Source: Pseudogymnoascus verrucosus
Taxonomy: Eukaryota
Length of the DNA stretch: 64,000 bases
NCBI GenBank assembly: GCA_001662655.1
Contig: KV460237.1
Reading direction: 5' to 3' (one strand)
Part shown: positions 25,138 to 39,255 of the stretch, piece by piece
Layout: the number at the start of each line of letters is the position of its first letter
How positions within the stretch are numbered: position 1 is the first letter of the stretch
Notes under the pieces: model-generated
The model's database searches: none
Seen by the model: the letters and a program-made list of their open reading frames with translations, nothing else
What the model was told of the DNA's origin: nothing
Made by a program: the position numbers and the translations under genes

Positions 25138-25985
25138 CTAATAATCATCCCCACCCCCTCCTCCTTCATCATCATCTCCCCCTTCTCCGCCATCATCGAA
25201 ATACTGCTCCGCATCATAATCGCCACCCATCTCCTCCTCATCATCCTCATAATTGTAATCCTCCTCTTCGCCCTCCTCCTCACCCTCCTCCTCCTCCCCC
25301 TCCTCCTCCGCCGCCCCATCCAGCTTCGCCAGCAACGCACGTTTCCTCTCCTCCTCCGTCGCGCCCGCAAGCCCCGGTTCGCGCGCCAGGATCAGCTTCT
25401 TGCGGCGCGAAATGGTGCCTCGCGCCGCTAGGCCATCCGAGCCTTCGAGCGTGGCGTGGAGTTCTGCGGGGAAGAAAGCTTTAACTGTCCAACACATTAG
25501 CATTCGTTCACTGCGACGTCCAAGACGGGTGAGACTCACTAAACGGCCTCCCCGACAACATCGGAATTGCCCTCTCTTTCCTGTCATACTTCATCGTATA
25601 CGTCGGCACACCCACAAACGGATCTGTGTCTGTGCGTCCTCGCATCTCAAAAAGCTCGTTCTCCTGCTCCTCGCCGAACACCTTGGGCGCCGTATTCGGG
25701 TCTCTCGGCGGCGCCTTCGTGTATAGAGGACCATGGTGGATCTGCTCGCGCAGGTCTTTGTAGAGGCGCACTGCACGCTGCTCGGTGGGGGTGGCGGGGG
25801 AGGCGAATGGGATTGTGTAGTCCTGTGGTGGGTGGTTAGCTTGTGCAATGCGTAAAGGCGGGGTGGGGGGGAAGTACAGGAAAGAGCTCGGTGGGAGCGG
25901 AGTCGAGGGTTTGCGTGGGATCGTATTCCCAGGAGACGCCTTTGAGCATGCCTCCTCGGCCGCCGCCTCGGCCGCCGCGCGACAT
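25138..25985 (-). CDS. RPC31: RNA polymerase III subunit Rpc31 (C31); introns 25877-25823 and 25539-25485
   Basis: N-terminal MSRGGRGGGRGG, PTELFP, IHHGPLYT, DPFVGVPTYT, FFPAEL and acidic tail with DYDAEQYFDDG. Confidence 0.88.
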
Positions 25986-26451
25986 TTTGGTGGTTGGCGG
26001 GGCGCTGGGTGAGTGAAGTTTTCAATCAGTCGAGGTGGTTATTCTGACTGGTCTGGCTGGGATGAGTCGTAGATCCGTGGCCGTGCCAGCTGGGGGTATT
26101 CAAATGCGTCTGATTGCACACCAGCTGTAGTATATTATTTAAAGAGTGATATAGCGACTGCGAAGAGCTGCATTGAACGATCGAGATATACAACAGCTCG
26201 ATTACGTCGCGAAAGAATGAGGTCGGCGGCGAGGCTGAGAGAAATTTGGCGGCGCGATTTCCCCCGCAGGCTAAGGCGGCAGAATCCCGACCGCCTGCCA
26301 CTCTAGGTTTGTCAGCCTTCCTCCTTGGCTTCGTCGCCTCTTGTGTCCCTGGCTTGGTTTATTCGGACTTTATCTTCGGCATATCACAGCTTTGAGAAAT
26401 TTGGGAAGGCGATTCTGAGCAAAACGAATAACAAGACTGGACTTTTACAGG

Positions 26452-27730
26452 ATGGAGAATGCACCGATAGATGGGTTGGAGGCGCTGGAGAAGCACCTGA
26501 AGGTCCTCGTTGAGAAACCCGACACCCCGTTTGATGCGAAGCTGTTTGATGATGTTGAGCTTCAACTTACGCGTAAGTGGATAATCTTTCCTTCTGTCGG
26601 AGAGGTAGGACCGTGCTGTTTGACCTATTTCCTCCGATGAACTCCTGGAGGCGCTTCATTTTCCAAGAGTGAAGCGGGGTAAGAGGGGGATGATAGCCTC
26701 GCCATCTCCTCAGTGCCTCTTATGGCCACCCGCGCCCATCCAGCCTCATCCACATCACGAACCAAGCTAACATGTAACAGCAACCAACACTCCACCGCTC
26801 CTGAACCGCCTCCTCCCCGATCTCACCGCAACCCTCACCCTCACCCCCCACGACCCCACCCCCGTCGCCTCCCTCGCCTCAAAACTCCTCGCCCCCCTCA
26901 ACTTCACCACGCTTCTCACCATCGCCCCCCCACCCTCTTTAACACTTGCCCTCTCTTCTTCCCCCCCATCCGGACTCCTCGCCCTTGCCATCCTCGAGAA
27001 AGCCGCCTCATCCCCCTCCAACGTCGCCCTCCTCGCCACCCACCCCGACTTAATCGCACAACTTATACGAACCTGGCTAGCCAGTCCCGCCGTCGGGGTC
27101 GGTGAGTGCGCGACGCAGCTTCTCGCCGCACTCCTGGCGACGGACTGCCCCGAGCCACCTCTCCGACGCGATGATGGGGTGATCACGTTTCCTCCACCTT
27201 CGAAGGCGGGGCAGGGACAGGGCCTGCTCTGGCGCCGCATTTTCGGAGTCAAGGATATCTACGCTTCAATATTCGCGATGTGCAGCGCTGCTACCCCGGA
27301 GAATGATGCGGATTACCTCCCTGAGCGTCAACGGTCGCTTGCACAGGGGCGGCTTCTGCGCCTGCTCCCGTCCTTGGCTGTGCTGGATCTGAGCACGCTC
27401 TCGCGCGCGCACTTTCCAGATGCCGAGAGAAGCTACGGCACGTCGGGGAAGGGGTTGCTGCATTTTGCTGCGCTTGAGATGGTGGATCGGGAGGATGTGC
27501 TGATGCATGTCACGCTGCTTGAGTTTTTTGGAGAGCTAGTGAGGGAAGTGAGTGGTGTTGTGCTTGGGAGAGAAGAGGAAGCGTGGTTGAGGGGTTTGGT
27601 GGAGGAAGCGGGAGTGAGTGATCAGATGGTGGGAGGGGTATTGGAGGCGATTGTTGGAGAGGAGGGAGTGACTGGGGAGTTGGTGGAGTTGTTGAGACGG
27701 CTGGGAATTAGGGGCGCTGGGGAGACATGA
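26452..27730 (+). CDS. Conserved fungal helical-repeat protein, possibly Hsm3/S5b-like proteasome chaperone; intron 26573-26780; ~356 aa
   Basis: GTAAGT..GCTAAC..CAG intron joins MENAPIDGL..VELQLT to a Leu-rich frame with QRSLAQGRLLRLLP and DVLMHVTLLEFF. The family call is from recollection, not a search. Confidence 0.6.
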
Positions 27731-28619
27731 GGGCGGAGAGCTGTTGCTAAGTGGCTGCGGCTGTGAGTGGATTTTCATATAACCCTCGCCGTGCATGTGA
27801 TACGACTGGGTTGGATGCTAAATTATGTCACCGCAATGATAAGCAAGACTAGGGGAAAAGAAAAAAAATATCATCATATCCTCCATACCACACTCCACGT
27901 ATCGCGAGCACAATCCCATGGTTGAAAACTACTGCCTATATAACTGCTATCGATCTTCAAATCTAACGCGTCGCTCTGTGAACTCTGTCAAAAAAATCCT
28001 TATTCCATGGCCATATGGTTATACGGAGCAAACTACTTTAGGTTGTTAAACTTTGTAATTATCTGGAGTTTAGTGAAATGATCTTCCAATACCTTGAACA
28101 ATCACGAGAAAAGGGATGAACGGCGACAAAATTGGCGCGACTCGTCCATCTATCCAAGAAAGCACCTCATACGTAGCCACGGAGATTAAAACCTCAGGAT
28201 TCGTAGGGAGAAGAGAGGAGGAGCCAAAGCACCTCTACACCCCCTGGATATGAGCTGTGACAATGGTTCCATAAATGTATTACAGTACGACGTTTAAAAG
28301 TCTAGACTATATAGTGACAGTTTGTAAAATAGGTACTGCAATGAATCGAACCTTTTGGGTCTGAACCCCCACCCTAACCTCTTCTTCTAGCCACCATATG
28401 GGAGAAACAGTGAGGCGTTACCCTCTTCCAACCATTTTATACCATCTCAACTGGTAGACAGGGTACTCAGTCAACTGGATTCACAGCCTCACAGCTAGAC
28501 AAGAAGTGCTTTCAATCAAATTGTATGTAATTCCCTAGCTTAAAACGTCCCCATAGACGAAACTACCCATCATCATCATCATCATTCTAGCCAACATAGA
28601 CTCATCCCCTCGTTGCAAA

Positions 28620-29529
28620 TTAGACATACTTGCAAGTCACACCCGAAGAGCCGCTAAGGGAACAGTCTGTAAGAACTGTGGTGCCCTGCTTAATATCAAT
28701 GATACTAGCCCCAGTCACGCCAACTTTAGTTCCGCTCTGCACAGCCGAAGCTCCCGTAAAGGAAACGGTTCCAAAGTTAGCGAAGCTGACCTGTGTTCCG
28801 CCAGAGTCAAAATCCTCGACGATCCATTCAGCGTTAGTCTCGCAGAGTGACCCGGTGCTTGCTTCGTTGCTGAAGCTGTGGGTGACCGTTTTCCCAGTCG
28901 AGGTGTTCTTGATAACCGCAGTTCCTCCAGTTTTCGAGGTGGCAGTCACGGTGACAGTCACAACATCTCCGGCCGCCAATGAGATGCCACTAATAACAGT
29001 TAATGATACTGAAGCATGTAAGATGTGCGGAATCATACCTAAAGTCATATGCGTAATCTGGATACCTTTGGCCCTGTTAGTGCAAGTCCAAACCCAGAAG
29101 ATGAGATGTAGAATTGAAAAGCATGTAAAGAGGATTAAGAGATCCCGCATGAACTAACCATTCATACCAGGCGTCGTATGTAATTGACGACCCGGATTTT
29201 GTCCAATCGATTCCAGTTTGGAGAATAGCGGTACCGCATGTGTCGCCATCTATGCCTACCCAGGCAGATCCACTCCCATCAGTAGTGGGAGTAGGTACAG
29301 TAAAAGTGCCAGTAACTGATGTGTAACCAGTTCCAACAAGGACCGCACCTGCCCAGTTGCCCGAGTATTGGACGTGAGAGTTGTTCGGCCCGCCCAAGGC
29401 AGTTAATCCATCAACAGGATTCAGGGGCTTGCTTTGTCTTGCTGCTCGTGCACGTCTGATGGCTGTTCCCGGTGCCGCAGCGACCGTTCCCGCAAGGAGA
29501 AGGGCATTAGTGAGGGTAGTGAACTTCAT
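28620..29529 (-). CDS. Secreted G1 (eqolisin/aspergillopepsin II-type) glutamic peptidase; exons 29529-29159, 29065-29039, 28989-28620
   Basis: Signal peptide MKFTTLTNALLLAGTVAA; motifs SGNWAGAV, AWVGIDG, ILQTG (catalytic Q), AWYEWYP, NAEWIVEDF (catalytic E). Confidence 0.93.
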
Positions 29530-30469
29530 TTTGATAGAGATGATGATGCGAGGTGACAGTAAAGAATACGGCTGTAGATGAAGTACGACTTGAGACTGCA
29601 GATAACAGAGAGATTCAGGACAGAAAGCTGGTTTATATACAAATATCATCGCCGACAGTCGAAGCATATTTGCTTTCCGTCTGAAATACCTTCCTAAACT
29701 GTCTAGGATGTTGATATCCTGATGATTGTTAAGAAACACATGTATACTCACTTATGCCATGGAAAGAGGCATGAATTCAAAGGCAGCTGTCGCATACCGG
29801 CCGCACTATTATGTCCACCTTCTCCTTTCTATCATTTAGGTTACAGGGCCATAAAATAAAGTAGCGGAGGTTCTCATAGATGGAATGGCCTCTAATTCTA
29901 GACACAACTGAGGGCCGATTAGACATTCACCTGAGATTAAACGCGTGTCTTGAGCAAACTATAGTCTCGTACCTTCCTAATAACGGTGGAGGCAGGCATA
30001 TAATGACTCTTAGTTCAATACTTTGCCCAGTAGGGTTGAGTATCCCGGGGCTTCATCATTGGTGTTCTGATGTTGAGATGGTGGGAAAGATCACGGTATT
30101 GGTGAAGGCACTGCTATGGTTATGTCGTCTGATACCTGACCAACAAACCTATGTTAGCGCACACGTATAATCAGCCCGCCGAAAGGCTTGAGACCGGATT
30201 ATTAACTCAGATAGGCAAGTGGTGTTCTTAGCAATGCTTATCAGCAGACAAGCTTTGCAAGGTTATTCACCTCGGCAGATTTAGGGTTGGGGCGCAATCC
30301 TGAAATCCTAGGCAAAACTAGGAAGCTGCTTGTTATTCTTGGGCAATCACGAAATATAGCACAATATTTCAGTTATCTTCTTATATTAATACTAATATAA
30401 GTACCTGCCTAACACAGACATAGCCGAGTTTTCTCGCAGCCACACGTTGCGGGTGCAGGACAAACCCTG

Positions 30470-30780
30470 TCTACTTGAAGCCTTCAAGCCACAAATTGCT
30501 CATGTTCAGCTAGAAGCAATCGAACCTGCGCCAAAATCCGAACTATTCGAAGCCTTCAACCCCAATTTGCGCCGGTTAAACTAGAAGCAGTCAAATCTGC
30601 GCTAAAATCCTGTACATTTGAAGCCTTCGAACCTGACTGGCGCATATTCGTGTAGAAGCAGTCGAATCTGCGCAAAAATCCTTTGCATTTGAAGCCTTCT
30701 TTAAGCTACAATTTTCTACGCGAATTCGTCTAGAAGTAGTTTATTCTGCGCGAAAATCCTGTGAATTTGAAGCCTTCCGA
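30470..30780. repeat. Tandem array of ~71-bp degenerate units (four full units, five GAAGCCTTC anchors)
   Basis: GAAGCCTTC at 30477, 30549, 30620, 30691 and 30769; each unit also has TAGAAG(C/T)A and CTGCGC.AAAATCC. Confidence 0.85.
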
Positions 30781-31231
30781 CTTCGAATCCTGCGAATGTG
30801 GTTGAGCTGGGATATACAGCCATAGATGGTGCCGTACTCCTCCTTAGAGTCCATAGCTGCCGTGGCCACCTAAATCGCAGGTGTGGACTTGCTTGAAATC
30901 AAATTCTCATTTCGCTGCCTATTACTTCCATCGCAGGCTCGGCTCCCCGCCACAGCGAAGCCTCCATCCACCCCTTGATCGGGGATACTTGTAGCCTCGC
31001 TCGCGTACTTCAGCCTCCCGTACGATGCTTGGCATAAAATAAACCTAGCATATTGTTGTTTCCCCGGATGTTCAGTTGTGGCCAATAAGGGGAAGGTACC
31101 CCAACACAGGCAGCAGCGTTATGTTATAATTATAAGATGCCCACCGGCGCTGCTGTACTCCTTTGCGTGTTCGCATATCTGGGAAGGTAGCCGTCCCCAC
31201 TACTCTCTACACATAGAGAGGCACCTTAGCC

Positions 31232-33845
31232 ATGTCTGGGACCAAGGTCGTCGGCGAAACCAGCCCAAGGTCCTTCCTCTTCTACATTGTCGCCGACATT
31301 GGTCCCTCGGAATCGGGCTACAGCCACCGTCCACTCGCAGTGGCCTACCGCCAGGGCCATGGTCTCAGCCCCGGGCGATATGATACTCGTGCCGAGTTGC
31401 GTGTGCACCATGTCCTCGAAGACTGCGCGCGCCTCGCATCCATCCTGTCCGACCCAACAAACCGTGCCGCCTTAGAGGCCGAGATGGCACTGGCCAGATC
31501 CTGGTATCAGGGACGCCTTCAGCGCCCTTTACCGCACCCCCCTGTGGTACCAGACGAGATGCAGCCTGCGTTTAGCAACGAAAAGTGGAAAGACACGAGG
31601 ACCGGCATGCCGGACAGGCCTGAGCTGGAATGGTCAGGCGGCATTCGTGAGTTTCCCTTCACGTCAACATGCCTACGCCTAGCTCTTAACGCCGATCGTA
31701 GATACTTTACTCGCCTAGGCGACGTGCAGGAACAGTCACTGGATACCGTCTTTCACCTTAATAACGTCGAGTACGGCGCCATCGTGTTTGACGTAACGGA
31801 CCTCGACAACGTTGGATACGGCATCCTCAGCTCGAGGGTGATCTACTCATTCGAGGGCTATGATTTTACTGAGGATTTTGAGCAGGATATGTACGGCATT
31901 ATGGACGGCTGGCGCCCCACCAACATGCCGGCGATTGAGCTAGAGAAGTCCCGGGCGCGACCGCTCTCCGGAACTGGCTACATGCGCCAATACGGCATGC
32001 ACAATGTTACGAGTGCCATTGAGCGGCTTAGGAGACATTCGGTCATCAAGGGAGCCGTGATAAATTGTGAGTCTAACCTAAAAGTTCAGTCCTGACTTAG
32101 TAGGGAGCGTGTGCTGATATAGCTTAGACGTCTGTCCTCCCTCCAACTCCGTTGCGGAGCCTAGAGGACCTGCCCGACAAAGCGTCACCCCCGACGAGGA
32201 GATTTCTCGTTTGATCCAAGCCGCCCGAGACACTGAGCTGGTTATCGAGGATTTTGGAGACACTATCGGTCAGCCAGAATTCCAGAGCCGCCTACTCGCG
32301 CGGCTCCAGCGAGATCCCGGTGCACTGGACGGGCCTCAATCCGTAACGCAGCTCCTTGGTCTGGCCTTCTCTGGGCAAAGCCATCTCAACTTAGTTGCCT
32401 TGAAGTGCCTGTCATACGATACCATCGCCGCTACTCTTAGTTCGACAAGACTGGGAGAAGTGGAGGCCCTCAGTATCTGCCTCGACGGTATCAGCGACGG
32501 CGACTCGCCAGAACCCCTCATCAATGCCCTTGATCTGCACGAGAGTATTCGTACAATTTGTTTTCTCGAGGGTCCGCTAAGGACCGACGAAGTAAAGTCC
32601 ACTCGACTCTTCGCGCAGCTTCGGGAATCACCCCATGGACGCAGCCTCTTGAGTTCGAGACGCGTCATCCTAACAGGCGCCTTTTCCGCTCCCTTTCAAA
32701 GAAAACAGTGGCTCCCTGATCCGGCAGGAAATACGACTCTTTTAAAGGATTTCCCCGTTCAGAAACTGTTCGTTCGTCAGCAGTACCTCGATCTTTCTGA
32801 TGAGAGGAGTCCTCCGAGATTCCGACCATGCCACTTCTCCCTCGCCGACGCGCTGTTGAGACCACGGTTTCTGGTCGACGGCTTCCTGCGGTACTGCCAG
32901 TCCATAATTACGGATCGGTTCCTCTTCAGCTTGGCGGCCACACCCTCCAACTTGGTGGCTGACGAGGGACAGTTCCCCGGCTTGACCATCGACCCCATCC
33001 CCGCGGAGAATTGCGCTATCCCGGAGTCAGCGCGTGCCTCGGAGGTAAACGAAGAAGGCCAGAGGGTAGACCTCTGGCCTGCTCTCCGTCCCCTCGAGCC
33101 CGGCAGCTGGATTGTCCTCGTCTCACGCGAGTGGCATACGACCCGGCCCCAGAGACGGAAGATAGTTGCGCTCGGCTCCCTAGATGGCATGGACCCCGGC
33201 CTGCCATTGGTACGCTACGCATTTCTGCGCGTGAAGGAGCGCATCGAGCTGCCCGATGAGCCCGAAGAGGCTGTGGACGCATTGACTGCGCCAGAGTACT
33301 TAGAGGTCGTGGGTGGGGTGAAGGAGTTCCTCCGCCAGACGGCGCCGTTTTTCGACGAGGGGACTGTCGACGCTCGTCTTGACGAGCTGAAATCGGCCAT
33401 GAAGGAGCAGTGGCCCGGGAGGCGCGGACCTGGCAAGCCCTTCCTCTCTGTGTTTGACGAGCAGACGGCTCGATCCGTTATGGGGGACTTTCTACGCGAC
33501 GCGATGCGGGTGAGGGAGAATCTGAAGATAGCTATGTTCGAGATGCCCGAGGGTGAGTTGACGATGAGGAAACGATTTTTAAGACCAGTTTCGCTAACAG
33601 CTTGCTTTCTAGAGGAGAGATGGTATCCTGAGTTGTTGGCTGGGCTGCCGAAAAGCCGCCCCCGCAAGAGACGTCGGGTCGACCCGAGCGCCAGGTCGTC
33701 CGCGGGGTCATCTGCCAGGGGCTACAGCGTCTTTAGGACATTGTACGACCCGGAGATGCAAGAGACGGTCGTTCTAGGGACAGACACGCCAGCGCTACCT
33801 CCGTTGGTGTCGCCGTATTATGTTTCGGACGAGAGTGACTTATAA
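31232..33845 (+). CDS. Hypothetical protein (~830 aa); intron 32067-32127 and probable intron 33553-33612
   Basis: Two long ORFs are joined in frame by a GTGAGT..CTGAT..TAG intron. No recognisable family motif. Confidence 0.7.
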
Positions 33846-34315
33846 AGGGGAGGGCGCAATAGGGCGTGCCTATAGTGCAGTTCACTATGCTGAACTATGT
33901 AGCCAGGCATCAAAGCGTCGCTCCTAGCGGATGTAAAGAGTAGGGGTGAGATAGTGGAAGTAAAGTTAGCTTTAGCTTTTAGCGTTCGTTTAGTGGCATT
34001 TAGTTAGCTATTTCATAGTCCCTATCTTGTATCCCCTTGTTCTAATAGTGCGCAATCCTCATAACACGAACAAGTTAGCACACAGAACCGTCCTTCAAGC
34101 ACAACATACATACAAAGCAAGAGCACAAAGTTAAGTCACTATCAAGCAGCCTATAAATGTAAATTAAGGGTGCTCTCCCCGTCATGATATTTATCTTGTT
34201 AAAGCCAGGCCATCTTTTCTAGTGTAAATCCTCAAAGCAATCCCCTTTTACTTCTCTCGCACCCTTAACAATCACCCTTCACTCAACTCCCTCTATCAGC
34301 TCCTCTCCGCTCCGC

Positions 34316-36241
<1,926 letters not shown>

Positions 36242-37129
36242 CTAGCCAAGGTGTCAATGCAACCATTGTAGGGATTCGTGCCTTCCCGCATCTAATGGTC
36301 CTCGGGAGACTCCTCTGTGGAAATGCACCATCATCTCCTCAACGGCGATGCGGGGGAAATGGGGGGATTGCAGGGGTTGCAGAGGTTGCAGAGGTTACTG
36401 AAGGTGGATGATTAGTATTACTTGGGATGATTTTGGGTGGAGGGCAATTACTTTTATTGTTACATTCTTAGCCGCCATTTCAACGAACGGGTGGCTAATA
36501 ATGTGCATTGGTTGTCCGCAACGACAGTGTGTGTCTGCTACGACAGTGCAATCACTAAGCGCAATCGCCAAGCGCAATCGCCAAGCTCTGTGGTGGACTT
36601 GTCACACGTTACAACGACCGCCGCCATTGAGCACCTTAGCCCGCATGTTCCCCATACTCTCCACCCTCTTCATCTTTCCGCATAGCCCCGCAAAGCGCCT
36701 CTAGCCGTGCACCCCATGTGGCTGTGATTAGATAATGGCAGAAGCTGGTACGATAGAGTGATATGGGAAAGGCTGAAAAGAAGAAGAAGCGAAAGTGGGA
36801 CAAGGGCCACCACAATAACACCACAATAACGCGTCGGCAAAACAGGTCCGATTCCTCAGGCCATAGCAGGCACCACGGCAACACGGCGCATCCAAACAAT
36901 AAGTTGTACAGGCCGACCTCACAATTCGGGCTCAAAGGGGCTTGTGCCTTCTAGGGGGGGATAATTGTTACGAGCAATATCACATGCGGACTACAGTCAG
37001 TGTAATGCGGTGCTAAGACGGAGAGTCTACACTCCGAACCCCGCGCGGAATCGTATATAGTAGTGGGAACGCGGACCTCTAAAGGAGGGTCAGCGTTCAG
37101 TTTTCGTAATCAATACAGAGTCTACTACG

Positions 37130-38390
37130 TAGTTATCCATAAAGTGACTTCCCACTGCCCTGTTCAGCCAAGGCTCTGTTACATTGCACATACGACGGTA
37201 TGTGAGGGTTAGCTACTGTAGCCTGCCCGAGTCCTGAGCCTGCCCTACCATACCCTCTCCTGTAGTATTCTAACTTAGCCAAGGCTATGGACCGCCTTAT
37301 TCTACAGTTCTTGGTATCGAGAGTACGGTGGAATTGAGTGCTTATTCTGTCCATTAAGCAACCTCTTATCCATTTATGCACTGTATTATATTATGCAGCG
37401 CTAATTCATCTAAACCATATTCACATTTGCCTAATCCCCCTATGATTATATCTAGTCCTCCTACATTTACTATAGCTATATACATGTCTGCGATTCTGGA
37501 TTTGGATATTGAGGGGTCTTCAGCAGGGAAAGCGCCGCTATGCCTACGTGGCCGCAATAGCGCCCACGCTGTTTGAGCGCATCGTACCCGCCTACGCTAG
37601 CGTGACCTCGAATATATAAGCCCGATGCCGTTTCCACCTCAAACTCACCCTAAGTCCTCTCGATCAACTACCGCCATTTCTCACTCATCAAGCGGAGCGC
37701 GGGCCTTGCGGCCTACCGCCTTATCTTGCTCGTTCTTCGTAGGCCTTGCCTCTAAGACCTGCATTATCTACAAGGTGCATCTATATAGCTAACATGTGTT
37801 TCGTAATGTAATGGCGGTTTTGATAGCTCATCATTCGCATCTTGTACCTAGACAACCAAGCCCTGCATTAGGTGAGAGAACCCCTAGTTACCTGCTAATT
37901 AAATCATTTAATAAGGTGAAATAGACTTAGGGCTATGCTCTTATAGTTAGGTTATATGTCTATTATGTTATTAATGTAAGATAAAATTAGTCTTTAAAGT
38001 AGCTAAGGCTAGGTGCCTACACACCTATTACTCTATAAGCTTTAGGCTATAAAATAGTTTGTTAGAGGCTTACTAGCTCCTATTAGGATACTATAGAGCT
38101 AAACATCATTAGGGGTTGTTAAGGTGTAAGAGTATAGCTCCTAGTTTGCTAAATCTTTACATTTATATATTAGAACGCTAGGAAAGTACTTAAAAGAGGA
38201 CGTTATAATAAAATACTCGTTATAAACCCAAAGAATGCTAGGATTAGGATTCTAACTAGTAGAGAATTAGCATTTGTTTTCTCTATCTAGGAAGGAGCTA
38301 AACCTAGAGGTTATAGGATTTTTAATTACAGTAATGCATGACAAGAGAGTAAAAATTATTAAAGAAAATGACTTTAATATTAAAATAAAG
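37130..38390. mobile_element. AT-rich, TpA-enriched relic consistent with RIP-degraded repeat
   Basis: Dense TAG/CTA/TATA words, few CA/TG and no long ORF, strongest in 37860-38380. The element family cannot be identified. Confidence 0.55.
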
Positions 38391-38733
38391 CGGTCATCCT
38401 AATTATTAACTCGAAATTGAGTTGCATGATCGTTAGTAAATCATCTCCAGATATGAGAGGTACTGAATGCCAAGAGATTTGCGACCGTTTCTTCGGCCCC
38501 GTACATCCCCCGTTACTCTCAAAAGATATTAGGCAAAAAAATAATGTAAGCGGGTACCCCCCGGTACGCATAATTTCCACCATACAGTTGGCTGATGGGT
38601 GGCTGTCGTTTCCAGGAAGATCGCTTTTCGGCACTTTTGTTAGCTGCTCTAGGATTCCAACACTAAATATCCAACGGGCATCGGAGCAATGCTGCCAGTG
38701 ATGCCCGGCGGAGAGTTTGCAGCCGAAGTTTAA

Positions 38734-38763
38734 CCCCGCATCCCCGCATCCCCGCTACCCCAG
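38734..38763 (-). promoter_or_regulatory. Cluster of four SYGGRG (CreA/Mig1-type) consensus sites
   Basis: CCCCGCATCCCCGCATCCCCGCTACCCCAG lies about 500 bp upstream of the alginate-lyase-family ATG. Confidence 0.45.
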
Positions 38764-39255
38764 CTTTTGTCTTGCACAGTACAGAAGGCCGAGAATAAGG
38801 TCACTGATCGCCACCAATGCACCAGGCAATCCAAAGAATCTTGGGAGCCGGAGCTTGTGATGTGAGAAATCATTTGCGCTATTTAGATTGCAGTTACGCC
38901 CACTCGAGTAGAGATCAACACTTGCTATTAATTTATTCCAATGTTTTAGAAGCAACCATGTACTCGCGCGTATCATCTCCCTTGCGCCGGTTAATACTCG
39001 CTCATCTTCAATGTGTATGCTCCTTGAAAACGTTCCTCTTATGGTTGTTTGGTGGAATAACCTTGCAGTTTCTACCCTTTTTTTTGTTACTGCAATATTA
39101 CAACCATAACCAAAGTTTTTTACAGTCCGATAGAAACCCCGGAGAATGTAATATAACCAAACGCTGGGGGGACTAGAAAAGGATATAATAAGCTGCCTCT
39201 CTCTATTCTTAATTTGAAAATGCACAAACAGCTCACCCATTCTCATGCAATCAAG

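Noticed and set aside
30470..30780. CRISPR array
   Set aside because: Eukaryotic context, no cas genes, degenerate repeats, and the spacer-like segments resemble one another.
30780..30795. tRNA T-loop-like TTCGAATCC
   Set aside because: No preceding G and no cloverleaf or acceptor stem.
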